NCBI GenBank assembly: GCA_002269645.1 | Contig: NIVC01001016.1 | Coordinates: 310,001-374,000 of the forward strand | From: Macrostomum lignano | Taxonomy: Eukaryota | Reading direction: 5' to 3' | Length of the DNA stretch: 64,000 bases | Shown here: positions 1-15,665 of the stretch, piece by piece | Position numbering within the stretch: position 1 is the stretch's first letter | Layout: each line of letters starts with the position of its first letter | The notes under the pieces: generated by a model | Told to the model about the DNA's origin: nothing | Seen by the model: only the letters and a program-made list of their open reading frames with translations | Databases searched by the model: none | Made by a program: the position numbers and the translations under genes

Positions 1-847
1 CACATCTCTTTAAAGAGAAAATAGAACAAGAGACGAAATTCCGGTAGAAAAAAAATGGCATGAGGGGCTACACCTTGTGGCTATTGTGCCTTCATGGTCT
101 TTTTGTGTCTGACTCGGGCTTCTAAACTATAAGCTGTTTGTCTTTTGTTTTGCCAACTCTGTTTTCAACTTTTTTCTCTGCGAGAGCTTCTTAGTCTCTG
201 TGCAACATTTTTAGAATTATAAAATGACGGTGGTCGCTAAAATTTTATATAAATATATTGGGGTCTATGGGTGCACCCAAGTACAGTGTGAGTGGCCTAT
301 CTTGGGAATATACGATCTATGGTAAAGAGTTCCTCTATTAAAAAGAGTTTTTTAAAGAGAAACCAATTTACAAGAGTTGTCTATGGTCGAAGCTTATTTT
401 TCACCGTAGAGTTTCTTATATACACAACTCAAGTCAAGCCGACTATAGAAATGAAGACAAGTGGGGGCCATAGACAACACGCGAATTTCTGACTAAAATA
501 CTCGACTGAGACTTACAGACTGAAAGTGTTAATTCAAGAAAGCGACTTTGTGCGGATGCATACAGTAACGCTTCTACTGACTGCAGCAACAGACCTTGTA
601 ATTAGTCTGTGTTAAACGTATTGTCTATGGCCCAACCTGTCTTCCTTCTATAAGATTTCAAAAGTCAGATTGTTCATTTTCCAAATTAGCAAGACTAATT
701 TTGGTATGTCTTTAATCGCTATAGTTCATTGATAGGAAACTTCTGTGCGCATCAAAGAGTCTTACGTTTTTTTCTTCTATTGCACTAAAATTTATGCTGA
801 TAACATCATTCATCACTGTTTAATATTTGAAACAGCCCCGGCAAACA

Positions 848-2527
848 ATGACAGACTCTGTCGCTCCATCAGAAACGACAGAAAATGCGTTAGAAGCTGC
901 AGCGGCGGCGCCTCAGCCACCTCCGACTGCTCAACCCCCTCCTCCGCCTCCGCCGCCTCCTCCACCAGCCGCCGCAGCCGCAGCCGCAGTTGTTAACAAC
1001 GCTGAACGCGATCAACTATTCGAATTCTTTCTCCATCGATTGTGCGTCATCTACGCTAGCGCTTTCCCGTCGCCGGCTCGAAGATTCATAGAATTTGTAC
1101 TTTTGGTAGTGGCCGTAGCGGCCCTAATGATACTTATGTACGTGCACTTGATCTTCGTGAAAGCGCCCGTGACCTGTATGGACGATCTCATTGCTACTTG
1201 GCCTAGAAATGGTGTGCTACGAGTTGAAGTAATCAAAGGCGCACCGTTTGGTTACGATCTGAATCAGTCTTATCACAAAGAGTTCAGCGCTGCCCAACTT
1301 ATTCAATATCATAGTCCTCAGCAGCAGCAGCAGCAGGTTTCACCTGCTTCTCAAGCCAGCCGTGCTCAAGCATCAGCTCATGCTGCTACTCAACAGTGCA
1401 ACTCTCCCAGTCTTGCCGAATTGTTAGCCATGTACTATTCTCCAGTTGGTAGCGTTTATAAGCAGCCGAATTTTCGGTATCCAACAGGTGGCAATGGGAT
1501 TATTAATAATAATTCATCCTCCAACAATTCAGACGCTAGTTCAGGTGACACTTTTAGCTACCTGTTTGACTATCTAGTAGCCAGCGCTAATGTTAACACA
1601 GACAAAGCTTTGCAACCGTTTCGCGAGACACTAACAGAGCTGGAACTGTTTGCTAATCTGGTATTTCCACGCGAGAAGCATATTATTGAATACTCGCTAG
1701 AATACGGCTTCTTGAAGCTATCGCCTGTGACTAGAAAAAATCTCAACATTCCTGTCCAGTTAGTAATCCTGGATCCTAATAATCACACCTGCTTTGGCAA
1801 CGGGTTCAGCAGGTTTCTACTAGAAGAGTTTCTAGGCTACAACGATCTGCTGTTAGCCGGTTTAAAGCGCCTTGCCGAGGCTGGTGATAAAGGCTTCGTG
1901 CGCAATGTTGTGACGGGCGATCAGTTTCGTTTCGTAAACGTTTGGATGAGTAGAAGCAGCTATCTGCCATCGGCGTTTATTATGATCATATTCACCCTGT
2001 GCATATCTATGCTGCTTAGGTATTCGCACCATCAGATATTCCTATTCATTGCGGATTTGCTTCACCGATTAGAGTTTAATACCACTCTGAGGCCGCCTAA
2101 TCTGCCCGTAGCCCAGCTATTAACCATTATATTAGGCCTAGTTGGCATGGAAACTATAATGAGCGATTTCTTTACGGACTCTTCTACGGCATTCTACGTT
2201 ATTATAATTATTTGGATATCCGATCAGTTCTTGGCGCTGTTGTGCCATACTAGCGTTACCAGGCGGCATTGGCCAAGGTTCTTCTTCTTGTATCATGCTG
2301 GGTTCTACGCTTACTACTACCGGTTCAACGGTCAGTACAGTGGCCTGGCACTAACCACTAGCTGGTTGTTCATCCAGCACTCTATGATTTATTTATTTCA
2401 TCATTTTGAGCTGCCCGACATCCTGCAAAGATGGTCGATTCGAAATGCTGTTGATGCTATTAGACAGAATGATCAACAGCAGCAGCAGCAACAACAACAA
2501 CAAAGACAAGAACAACAGCAACAATAA
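848..2527 (+). CDS. TMEM259: Membralin (TMEM259) homolog, single-exon ORF with Pro/Ala-rich N-terminus and polyQ C-terminus
   Basis: The 566-aa ORF contains membralin-typical segments: RDQLFEFFLHRLCVIYA, WPRNGVLRVE, EYSLEYGFLKLSP, GYNDLLLAGLK, SMLLRYSHHQIFLFI, RRHWPRFFFLYH, YRFNGQYSGLAL and HSMIYLFHHFELP. The first ATG is at 848; the ORF-track start at 827 is TTG. Confidence 0.93.
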   Translation: MTDSVAPSETTENALEAAAAAPQPPPTAQPPPPPPPPPPPAAAAAAAVVNNAERDQLFEFFLHRLCVIYASAFPSPARRFIEFVLLVVAVAALMILMYVHLIFVKAPVTCMDDLIATWPRNGVLRVEVIKGAPFGYDLNQSYHKEFSAAQLIQYHSPQQQQQQVSPASQASRAQASAHAATQQCNSPSLAELLAMYYSPVGSVYKQPNFRYPTGGNGIINNNSSSNNSDASSGDTFSYLFDYLVASANVNTDKALQPFRETLTELELFANLVFPREKHIIEYSLEYGFLKLSPVTRKNLNIPVQLVILDPNNHTCFGNGFSRFLLEEFLGYNDLLLAGLKRLAEAGDKGFVRNVVTGDQFRFVNVWMSRSSYLPSAFIMIIFTLCISMLLRYSHHQIFLFIADLLHRLEFNTTLRPPNLPVAQLLTIILGLVGMETIMSDFFTDSSTAFYVIIIIWISDQFLALLCHTSVTRRHWPRFFFLYHAGFYAYYYRFNGQYSGLALTTSWLFIQHSMIYLFHHFELPDILQRWSIRNAVDAIRQNDQQQQQQQQQQRQEQQQQ

Positions 2528-2650
2528 CAAAAACAAAGACAAGAACAACAGCAACAGCGACAACAAAAACAACAAAGACAGTGACAACAGCAACAATAAT
2601 AACGACAACAAAAACAACAAAGACAGTGACAACAGCAACAATAATAAATG
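2470..2650 (+). repeat. CAA/CAG-rich low-complexity repeat spanning the membralin stop codon
   Basis: Imperfect (caa/cag)n with repeated aacaacaaagacagtgacaacagcaac units. Confidence 0.85.
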
Positions 2651-3447
2651 ATTGACGTACTTTAGAAGCTCTTAACTATACTGAGATGTGACACTTTTAT
2701 AAATCTGTTTTAATAAACAGAGAGTATCGAGTTCTTAGTATCGGATTTTTTCAGCCAATCGCCATGACTGTCTGTCTACTTCGTAATCACCTTGGCTTGA
2801 AATCTGCCGCTGCTAAAGGCTGGGATTTAGTTTAGTAGAAAGACTATTATTAGTCATTCAGGTTGGCTGGAAAAAACCAACAGAAAGCTGATTTCTTGGC
2901 CGCTGCTCTGTGTCCTTGAATAAAAACCTGTTTAAATCACTAAGAAGCTGTCAGTTGATCAGAGTATAGCTTGAAATATTTTAATTTCTTTATGTTCAAT
3001 TATTCATAATGCATTGTTATAGATTAAGTAGATACTGCATCTATGCTATATTATTCATAATTCTCATTCTCTGAGCAAGTTCTCGGTCTCATTTGTAGCT
3101 AATTGTTCATAGTCTGTATTGTAAGAGTATAAAATGCTTAATAATACGGCCTTGTAAAAGTATATTTCATTTCGTATTCTGCATAATCTATATAAAGCTG
3201 ATATATATGTTATTTCTTAAAAAATAAAATTTAACTATCTTTTATTGATGAAAATTTTAACTGTGCAACCGTTTTGTTGGATGGCGTTTAGGTTAATTTA
3301 CACCAACTACATGTACTTAATAGTTTGTCTGCCTACTTTACCACATTTTTACCACACTTGAAATCTACTGCACGAGTAGTATCTATCTAACTTTATCTAC
3401 TAAATCTGAGAGCATTGTAATGATCGAGTGTTGGCTGTCTCCTAGAT

Positions 3448-3995
3448 TAGGGGTCGGCAGACTCCGGCCCGCGGGGCCTCTCTTATCTGGGCCTCGGGTC
3501 CTTTGAAACTTTTGCAATCCGGCCTGCTAAAGGTGCGCGTCTCTCTTCTCAGCTCTCTTCTCTCTAATAATCTCTTCTCTTCTCGCTTTTCTCTCTTTCC
3601 TCTCCGCTCCTTTCCTTTCCTCTCCTCTCCTTTCCTCTCCTCTCCTTTCCTCTCCTCTCCTTTCCTCTCTCTCCGCTCCTTTCCTCTCTCTCCTCTCCTT
3701 TCCTCTCTCCTCTCATTTCCTCTCCTCTCATTTCCTCTCCTCTCATTTCCTCTCCTCTCATTTCCTCTCCTCTCATTTCCTCTCCTCTCCTTTCTCTCTT
3801 TCCTCTCCTCTCCTTTCCTTTACTCTCCACTCCACTCCTCTCCTCTCCTCTCCACTCTTCTCTCTCCTCTTCTATTTTGTCTCTCCTCTTTTCTCTTTAT
3901 TCCCTCGCCTTTCCTATCTTCTCTCTCCTCCTCTGGTCCGCAGTCATGCACTAGATTCTCTAGCTGGCCCTTAACGTAAAGTTTGCCAACCCCTG
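3448..3995. mobile_element. Non-autonomous hAT (Charlie-like) MITE filled with a CT microsatellite
   Basis: The left end taggggtcggcagact and the right end agtttgccaacccctg (revcomp caggggttggcaaact) form a Charlie-type TIR. The flanking 8-mers tcctagat and tcctacac match at 6/8, consistent with a decayed 8-bp TSD. Confidence 0.7.
3540..3930. repeat. Polypyrimidine (CT/CCT/TCC) microsatellite
   Basis: Directly visible ctctc/tttcctctcc arrays. The ORFs called here are artefacts of the repeat. Confidence 0.95.
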
Positions 3996-4274
3996 TCCTA
4001 CACGTTGGAGAGAAACATGGATTTTCACAATCGAAGCGAAATTTTTAAACCATATATAAAATATATGGTTTATATATAGGGGGTCCGACCTTGAAAATGG
4101 GTGCAAACGGCAAAAAACATGTTTGGTATAAAAACAGGTTCATTAAACCGATTGTTACAATCGTTTCTCTAAAGTATTAAAACTACATTGACTTCAACGC
4201 GAGACTGCCATAAACTAATTAATTGAATGACACCATGTACACACAAGCAAAAACTGGTATGCTGCTATAGGTAA

Positions 4275-4554
4275 TATTTATAATAATAATTGATTACACC
4301 TGCCCTAATGGGCAGATGTGCAACCGACAGCTCAGTGCATCTGAAGGCTGCGTACGGCTGTTCAGTCCAAGGACTGGGGGGTCGCCACACACCCTCAATT
4401 ACCCCAGCTAATGCTGGCACCCATTTTACAGCTGGGTGGACTGAAGCAATACAGAGTTCAGTGTCTTGCTCAAGGACAAATTGTTCCGAGTGGCTCGAGA
4501 ATCGAACCTCCGACCTTAGTTGTGCGTCCGACGCTTTAACCACTGGACTACGAC
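4275..4554 (-). mobile_element. tRNA-derived SINE (family A) with a Deu/Nin-like central domain
   Basis: The minus strand shows an A-box (tagtccagtggt) and a B-box (ggttcgattct). These are followed by gtccttgagcaagacactgaact...cagtccacccagctgtaaaatgggt, which resembles the Deu/Nin-type SINE body, and by a (taa/att)n tail. Confidence 0.75.
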
Positions 4555-4959
4555 TTAAGTTTCTTTGTTGCCTTAAAACTGCGGTGAATAACTTTAATCT
4601 CAGCCTTGCGTGCATCGATTCGTCAGAGGTTTCTGCTGTTCACACATGCTTCTGAGAATGCTCTGACTATCTGCATTTTGCCACTTTAACCCTCAATCTG
4701 CTGACAAAAGAAGCATCTCGCACATGTGAATGCTTGCTCGAAAAAGCTAAAAATAGTTTTCTTGCTCCGCACACCCGACAGCCTGTAGAGTTGTTATTGG
4801 TAGAAAACACAATAACAAAATATGAATTTTTTGGGTCATGAGAGACCACCTAATGAGGCTGCTTGTTTTCCGGCTCATAAAAACCTGCTAAGTAAACCCA
4901 TGACAGCTGCAGCAAAACCTGGAGTAAGTCTGTTACATGTATACATGTAGCGCTTCACC

Positions 4960-6569
4960 ATGGCTCACTGCGATCTGGTCTGCGCTGCAGCTCTGTTTGC
5001 CATATTTGGTAAGGCTGGCGTATTGATTGATTGGCGGACTGACAGACAAGCAGACAGACAGACAAACAGTCAGTCAGACAGACAGACAGACAGACACATA
5101 TTTATGACACAAACATACTCTGTAGAAAGACAGAGACAGACAGACATATTTATGACACAAACATAGACAGACACATATTTATGACACAAAATTAGACAGA
5201 CAGACACTAAGACACTATCTCCCACAGCGAGTCCCGCAACGCCGCTCAGCTGCTACACTCGGTCAGCCTCAACTTCACCTTATTCCAACGGCACTGAAAC
5301 AACTTGTCTCAGTTCTCGGTGGTACTGCTACTCGTACAATTACAAATCCGTAAGCTTGAAATTTCATAGCGGATTTGCTTTCAAGACTATAACGGTCAAT
5401 GAGACATCAGCATTTACATGTGTACATTCATCAACGCTGGACCCAGTTGAAGACCTACATATAAGTGAGAACCTGATTGAGGACCCAATTAAGGACCGAT
5501 TGAGGATCCTGCAATTAAGGACCTAATTGAGGACCCAATTAAGGACCTGATTGAGGACTCAATTAAAGACGCGATTGTGGAACCGATTCCGAACTAGATT
5601 CGGGATCCTGGATCTATCACCTGTTGAGGACCCGATTCAAGACCTTATTGAGGGCCCGATTTTAAGAACCCTTTTAAAAACCTGATTAAGGATTCTATTG
5701 AGGACCCGGTTTAGGAACTAGTTAAAGACCCCATCAAGAACTCTAAACTAACAGAATAACTAAAGTAATGCTCTGACTCTACCTAACAAATACGAGTATG
5801 CTTTCCCACCAAAAATGTCTACAGTACAACTATGGCGGATGCGGAGACTGCACGCACTACTATCGCATCGCTTCCCTATGCACGACTTGCTCAACAGACT
5901 ACTGCAACACTCGACCGCCAACTGTGAACTGCTACCACAGCTTTGACAGTTATTTTCACTCTAGTAGAACAAAAATAAATTGCAGCACTCTCACCTGCTA
6001 CGAGTACAGCAACAGCGTTGGAATTACTCAAGTGAGTTCACTGGTCAGGGCCGTTTTACTGGAACTGTTACTCTCCTGTTAGACAGTGTCTCAATCATCC
6101 TGTTAGACAGTGTCTCAATCATCCTGTTAGACAGTGTCTCAATAATCCTGTTAGACAGTGTCTCAATAATCCTGTTAGACAGTGTCTCAATAATACTGTT
6201 AGACAGAGTCTCAATAATCCTGTTAGACAGAGTCTCAATAATCCTGTTAGACAGAGTCTCAATAATCCTGTTAGACAGAGTCTCAATAATCCTGTTAGAC
6301 AGAGTCTCAATAATCCTGTTAGACAGAGTCTCAATAATCCTGTTAGACAGTGTCACAATTAGTGTCACAACCCCATTGCGTCACCACAAAACCAGAGCCA
6401 ACATTCGCCATTGCAGAGGTTCTTTGCAGGCTGCGGAGACTGCACTCGGTACCCCGACACGAACTGCCGCAGCTGCAGCACAGACTACTGCAACTCTGCC
6501 TGCAGTCTGGGGGGCTGCCAGTTCACCGTTGCTGCCGCCTCCCTGCTGGCACTGATGAAGCAGTTCTGA
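4960..6569 (+). CDS. GPI-anchored two-domain Ly6/uPAR-like (three-finger) protein, paralog 1 (4 exons)
   Basis: Exons 4960-5008 (signal peptide MAHCDLVCAAALFAIFG), 5228-5349 (LSCY...TC...CY), 5825-6031 (GCGDC...CTTCSTDYCN...NCY...C...CY) and 6417-6569 (GCGDC...CRSCSTDYCN plus hydrophobic GPI tail). All junctions are GT-AG and in frame (phases 1,0,0). Confidence 0.85.
5035..5205. repeat. Short GACA microsatellite plus acatatttatgacacaa repeats in intron 1 of paralog 1
   Basis: Directly visible. Confidence 0.85.
5470..5735. repeat. Degenerate ~12-bp gattgaggacc-type tandem repeat in intron 2 of paralog 1
   Basis: Recurrent attgagga/attaagga/gaccc units, related to the array at 10600-11140. 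Confidence 0.7.
6060..6360. repeat. 24-bp minisatellite (ctgttagacagtgtctcaataatc) in intron 3 of paralog 1
   Basis: About 12 near-identical units. Confidence 0.95.
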
Positions 6570-6869
6570 AGCTGCGCTTCTGGAACCCCCTGAAGCAGAA
6601 ATATATACGCTCGTACTTTGCTCACTAAAAAAGCAACTTTTTAATGATTTGCTATACATGCTGCAACGAGCAGTGCGCCTCAACTTCCAGCTACGTATAT
6701 ATCCAACACTAATGTGCTCTAATTTTGTTCCTCTTTAAAGCGACGCTGCTTTTTACACTTCGGTTTGCTTAGTTATTCTTGGATTGGTTATCAAATACAC
6801 CGATTCATTGCAGGCAGCCAGAAGTTTTCAATCTATAAAACACCAATCTGATTTGCCAAAAATTCAGGC

Positions 6870-7610
6870 AGGGGATTGGGGATAAAGGATTAAGGCAGGG
6901 GATTGGGGATTGGGGATTGAGGCAGGAGATTGGGGATTGGGGATTGAGGCAGGGGATTCAGATTGAGGATTGAGGCATGGGATTGGGGATTGGAGATTGA
7001 GGCAGGAGATTGGGGATTGGGGATTGAGGCAGGGGATTCAGATTGAGGATTAAGGCATGGGATTGGGGATTGGAGATTGAGGCAGGAGATTGGGGACAGG
7101 GGATTGGGGACAGGGGACAGGAGATTGAGGACGGGGGATTGAGGACAGGGGATTGGGGACAGGGGATTGAGGACAGGGGATTGGGGACAGGGGATTGAGG
7201 ACAGGGGACAGGGTATTGAGGACAGGGGATTGAGGACAGGGGATTGAGGACAGGGGATTGGGGACAGGGTATTGGGGACAGGGGATTGGGGACAGGGTAT
7301 TGGGGACAGGGTATTGAGGACAGGGTATTGAGGACAGGGGATTGGGGACAGGGGATTGAGGACAGGGTATTGGGGACAGGGTATTGAGGACAGGGTATTG
7401 AGGACAGGGGATTGGGGACAGGGGATTGAGGACAGGGGACAGGGGATTGAGGACAGGGGACAGGGGATTGAGGACAGGGGATTGGGGACAGGGTATTGGG
7501 GACAGGGTATTGGGGACAGGGTATTGAGGACAGGGGATTGGGGACAGGGGATTGAGGACAGGGGATTGAGGACAGGGGATTGAGGACAGGGGACAGGGGA
7601 TTGAGGGTAA
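6870..7610. repeat. G-rich minisatellite (ggggattgaggaca / ggggattggggaca), potential G-quadruplex array
   Basis: Dense GGGG runs separated by 2-6 nt on the + strand. Confidence 0.9.
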
Positions 7611-8185
7611 GTAATTTGATCAGATTAGCCACCAATTTGACAGCAAGAGTTTAGACCAAAATGCGTTGCAGTGACTAACTACGCTCGTATAAACTAAGCA
7701 AGCCTCTAATAACTGTTACAAAGCTCTGAAATGAGTCAACCAAGATAAAATATTTTGTCAACACCATTCGTAAAGTTGAATGGTTCTTTTCCTGTATTTT
7801 TTGCAAGTCCTTTACAGTTTAAATTTTTGTCAGTACAGATTCTGCTAAAAACAAATTGCGTATGTGTCTGTATGTGCCGATTTGAGTGCCCTAGTAGTCT
7901 CACAGTGGAAACTGTCTGCAAACTGCCAGCCGTACTTCAACAGTAACTAATTCCCATAACTGTTCCCATAGCAGTCTGTTTTGCTGTAAGCACACTGTAT
8001 ATTTTTCCTGCTATTGACAACGTTTGCGTGTTTTCGCAAACAAACGAATGTTAATTGTTATAAATATAAGAAAACTGAGAGTCTTGAAGCCTGATGCGAT
8101 GAGTGGTTGTTTTTGGCTTGCGAAAATCTGCCAAGCAAAACTCAATTAGATAATTGAATTGCCATTGAAACTTCTGCGTGAACCC

Positions 8186-12085
<3,900 letters not shown>

Positions 12086-12811
12086 AGCTGCGCTTTTGAA
12101 ACAAGGACCACTAGGAACACTTTGTTATATGCTTCCTAAATTTGATTTTGATGTTTAGAGTGACATGGTTTGTCAGCATATTACATGTACCATTTGTATA
12201 CATGATCCCAACACTGCTTATGAACCACTCTTTTACTATGCTAGATTTGTTAAAAGAATTTTTTGTTAAAGAGTTATTTACTTTTTCCATTTTCTTTGTT
12301 CTCTACTGTTTCGTCACTTTGCAACACTGTTCGACAGACAATAAAATTTGCTCAATACAGTTTATCATGCCTCCAATTTTGTGGTGGACAGACAGCTGTT
12401 TATAAGTTTAGATACAAGCAAATAAACTCGACACAACTCTGCTTGCTTGCTAAATTCTACTGCCACTCTCAAGCCACTTCAATTTACAGATTATAAAGAA
12501 CAGAATGTTAAAACAGGAGTCTGCTTTGTGATGTTTGACTTTTTCTGCTCTCTCATTTTTTTCTGACTGGCCATCTTGTGAGAAAGATTTTAAAGGATAT
12601 AGACCAAATTATGCGGGTTCTGTGTATGATCTCCAGATTCCGATATATTTTCAGAAACGTCACTAATGAAATTCAGAGCGTATTCACAAAAAATGCACTC
12701 AAGATTTTCGGCTGCTTTATTAATTTTCATTCCTAAACTTGAAGATTTGAATCGCTACCAATCTTAATTCATCATTCGATACTCGATTCATTCATACTAC
12801 CATACTTCTTA

Positions 12812-12950
12812 TTAGACAGTAGCTGTCACCTGTTAGACAGTAGCTGTCACTTGTTAGACAGTAGCTGTCACCTGTTAGACAGTAGCTGTCACCTGTTAGA
12901 CAGTAGCTGTCACCTGTTAGACAGTAGCTGTCACCTGTTAGACAGTAGCT
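12812..12950. repeat. 21-bp minisatellite (ctgttagacagtagctgtcac)
   Basis: About 6 units. Confidence 0.9.
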
Positions 12951-13014
12951 CTCTAGCAGGAGCCATAGACTAAATGGGGAGGGACGATACAGAGTTTTTA
13001 ACCACTACCATACT

Positions 13015-13320
13015 GCCTAACAGGTAAACTAAACTATCTAACAGGTAAACTAAACTGTCTAACAGGTAAACTAAACTGTCTAACAGGTGAACTAAACTGT
13101 CTAACAGGTAAACTAAACTGTCTAACAGGTAAACTAAACTGTCTAACAGGTAAACTAAACTGTCTAACAGGTAAACTAAACTGTCTAACAGGTAAACTTA
13201 ACTATCTAACATGTAAAATAAACTGTCTAACAGGTAAACTATACTGTCTAACAGGTAAACTAAACTGTCTAACGGGTAAACTAAACTATCTAACAGGTAG
13301 ACTAGGCTGTCTAACAGTAG
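13015..13320. repeat. 21-bp minisatellite (ctaacaggtaaactaaactgt), inverted relative of the 11430-11865 array
   Basis: The revcomp unit acagtttagtttacctgttag matches the intron-3 unit of paralog 2. Confidence 0.9.
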
Positions 13321-13886
13321 ATAAACTCTGAAAGGACGTCTTTAGGTTTTATAGTAGGTGTAATAAAAACATAGTTTCAGTTTTAATAGGCTCATAATTT
13401 CGTCGCGTCTGTAAGCGGTTTTGAGGGTTTTGATTCCCATATAGCTTAATTAAAGCCCACCACCGGCCCATGGGGAATAGATCGGGTTTAGGGTGAGGAC
13501 CTTCCCTATAGACGCTCTAACCTCTAGGCTACAAAGCTCCATCATATTTAACACCCACTGAATGTTTGGTGAAATTTTCATTATAATAAAAATATTGGAA
13601 GTATTCTATATACCTAAACTTGAAGAAGTTATAGTTCCAACCGAATCACACACTGATGCTGATAATACCGTAATACGAGGGCTGACCCAAAAGTAGTGTT
13701 ACTTTTCTTTATATCTCTCGTTCTGCTGATCCAAATAACATTATCATATATCATATATTATCATATATTAATAACATATCATTTTGCACAGATTTATAGC
13801 GGCAACTCTCTTCTTTATGTTATCTTTAGCATCATTAAAAACAGGTAATGGAAACACAAGTTATGAACTAAAATATAGCAGGACCT

Positions 13887-15665
13887 TGATGAGGACGCAC
13901 TTTTTCCAAACCCCGCGCTAGCACATGGGCTCTAAACTTACTAGCCTACTAACAGTGGGCAGTGGGCATTTTTATCCTTTTTTCTGCGAATAGTCATATA
14001 ATCTATACTAGATATAATGTTTGGTCATACTAGTAGTCATAATAACATAGGCATAGCTTTTTGGGTCATAAATCATCGCTTTCGAAGTTGGTCTGACAGC
14101 CACCTGCGCCTCATTCAGTGTTGAGGCTGGCGCCAGATGGTCTGAGGGGATGCGAATAGTAGCTTTTTTCTCATCATTTTTGACAGGCCATCAGATTTAT
14201 GAGGTCAGAGCCTTATTGTTCGGATTCACTCAAGCGTGTGACAGCTTTTACAGCTATGCGTTTTACCCCTAAAAGTACTTTGGGATTAGCGATTAGCGAT
14301 TTCTCTTCATTATCTTCACTTTCTATTTAATAAGAGCTTTCTAATGTATATTTTTTCATTAATTTCTGTCAATCCTACGCGAAAAGTCATAAATCATTTT
14401 GTTACGATTTTGATTGATTTATGGCCGCACCTGTCATCTTTTTACGACCCTGTGGGAACTGATAGGATCTCACGGTCACGTGATTCTGGGTGGCAACAAG
14501 CTTAGCCAATCAGAAAATTCGGCGCTCATTTTAACAAAACGGCTCAGCCAATCAGAATCGACGTGTTCCATTATAACAAACTGCGGTCCAGTTGGCGGCT
14601 ATTTAAACCGGTGTTTTTGGCCCGCTCGGACTCCAACTTGCTCGGGCCCAGCACGCAACTTATGGTTCCCGGAGCGCGACCGTCGTTTCTTGATCCCCGG
14701 ATTGCGACTTCCCCCCATCATCATCAAGGACGAATCCCCCGGTCATCAGCAGCGAACATCAAGCGAAGATCATCACCTGCTAGCTATTAGCGAAGATTGT
14801 ATCAGCTTCATCCCGAGTCTACAGCTACAGAGCATCAAGCCGATTCGGTCACTGTGGATTACCTGGTCTCCGGCTGTTGAGTTTCTGATTGGTTGGGTGA
14901 GAGGCTACCTAGACTTGCTTGATTGGGTGATCCCCTGTCTGTCCCCTGTTTCAGTAGCTGGATTAGGCGCACACTTTTGCTCATTTTGTTCAGTAGTGCT
15001 GTCGCTGAGCCAGAAGTCATTCAATAATACTGCTAGTAGTCTAAAACTCCAATTCAGTCTGAGGTGTGAAGTGATCTAAGGAGAAGGTTAAATCTGACAG
15101 TTATTTTCATCGGTTTTATTTCTTTGTTCGCCGATGGCTCAGATGAGTAGCTAAGCTAGTAGGCGCCGGTCACAGTGGACCAATGGCAAGGCGGTTCTCA
15201 GTCGATCAAACTACCAAATCAGTGAGCAAAACTGCCAGAAGTGCAGAATCGGCGCCAGAGATGTACTTTGTGCACTCTAGGTTAGCCAAGCGGCTCGGGT
15301 AATGAATCATGCGGTCTCTGAAGTTCGAGTTAGTCTATCATCAGCGCTAGGAGAGGCTAGTTGGCGCGTTGAAGGCCAAAAGTACATATCTTCGTATTTA
15401 GCAATGTAATAGTACATGTAGCTACCCCATAGACTCGCCACTGCAAGAATCCCCTGCACAAGTCCCCTCTGTACCTGCATGGCCAATGCGATCTAGTCCC
15501 AGCAGTGTCCCTTATCATCGGCTATGACTTCGAGATTGACAGCAAAAAGACACTAGTTGGCAGGTAAGTGCAAAGCCCCCTCTAGTCGGAAGCCCGATTT
15601 CGAGAGCCCCGGTGTGTTGAGCCAGGCGTACGGGCTGGTTGCAGCGAGTTAGCTTAGTCTGCGGA
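13887..15665. repeat. Unclassified interspersed repeat R, copy 1
   Basis: Colinear similarity to 53917-55347 (from tgatgaggacgc onward) and to 49600-50980. Confidence 0.85.
14500..14610 (+). promoter_or_regulatory. Promoter-like module in repeat R: two agccaatcag CCAAT boxes and a TATA-like tatttaa
   Basis: agccaatcag occurs twice about 43 bp apart, followed by ggctatttaaacc. The arrangement is conserved at ~54540-54645 and ~49650-49755, and partly at 17030-17090. Confidence 0.45.

Noticed and set aside
255-640. Recurrent gtctatgg/ccatagac motifs suggesting a small DNA transposon
   Set aside because: I could not define consistent TIR pairs or a TSD.
6870-7610. Interstitial telomere
   Set aside because: The TTGGGG-like hexamers are embedded in longer mixed units, not a TTAGGG array.
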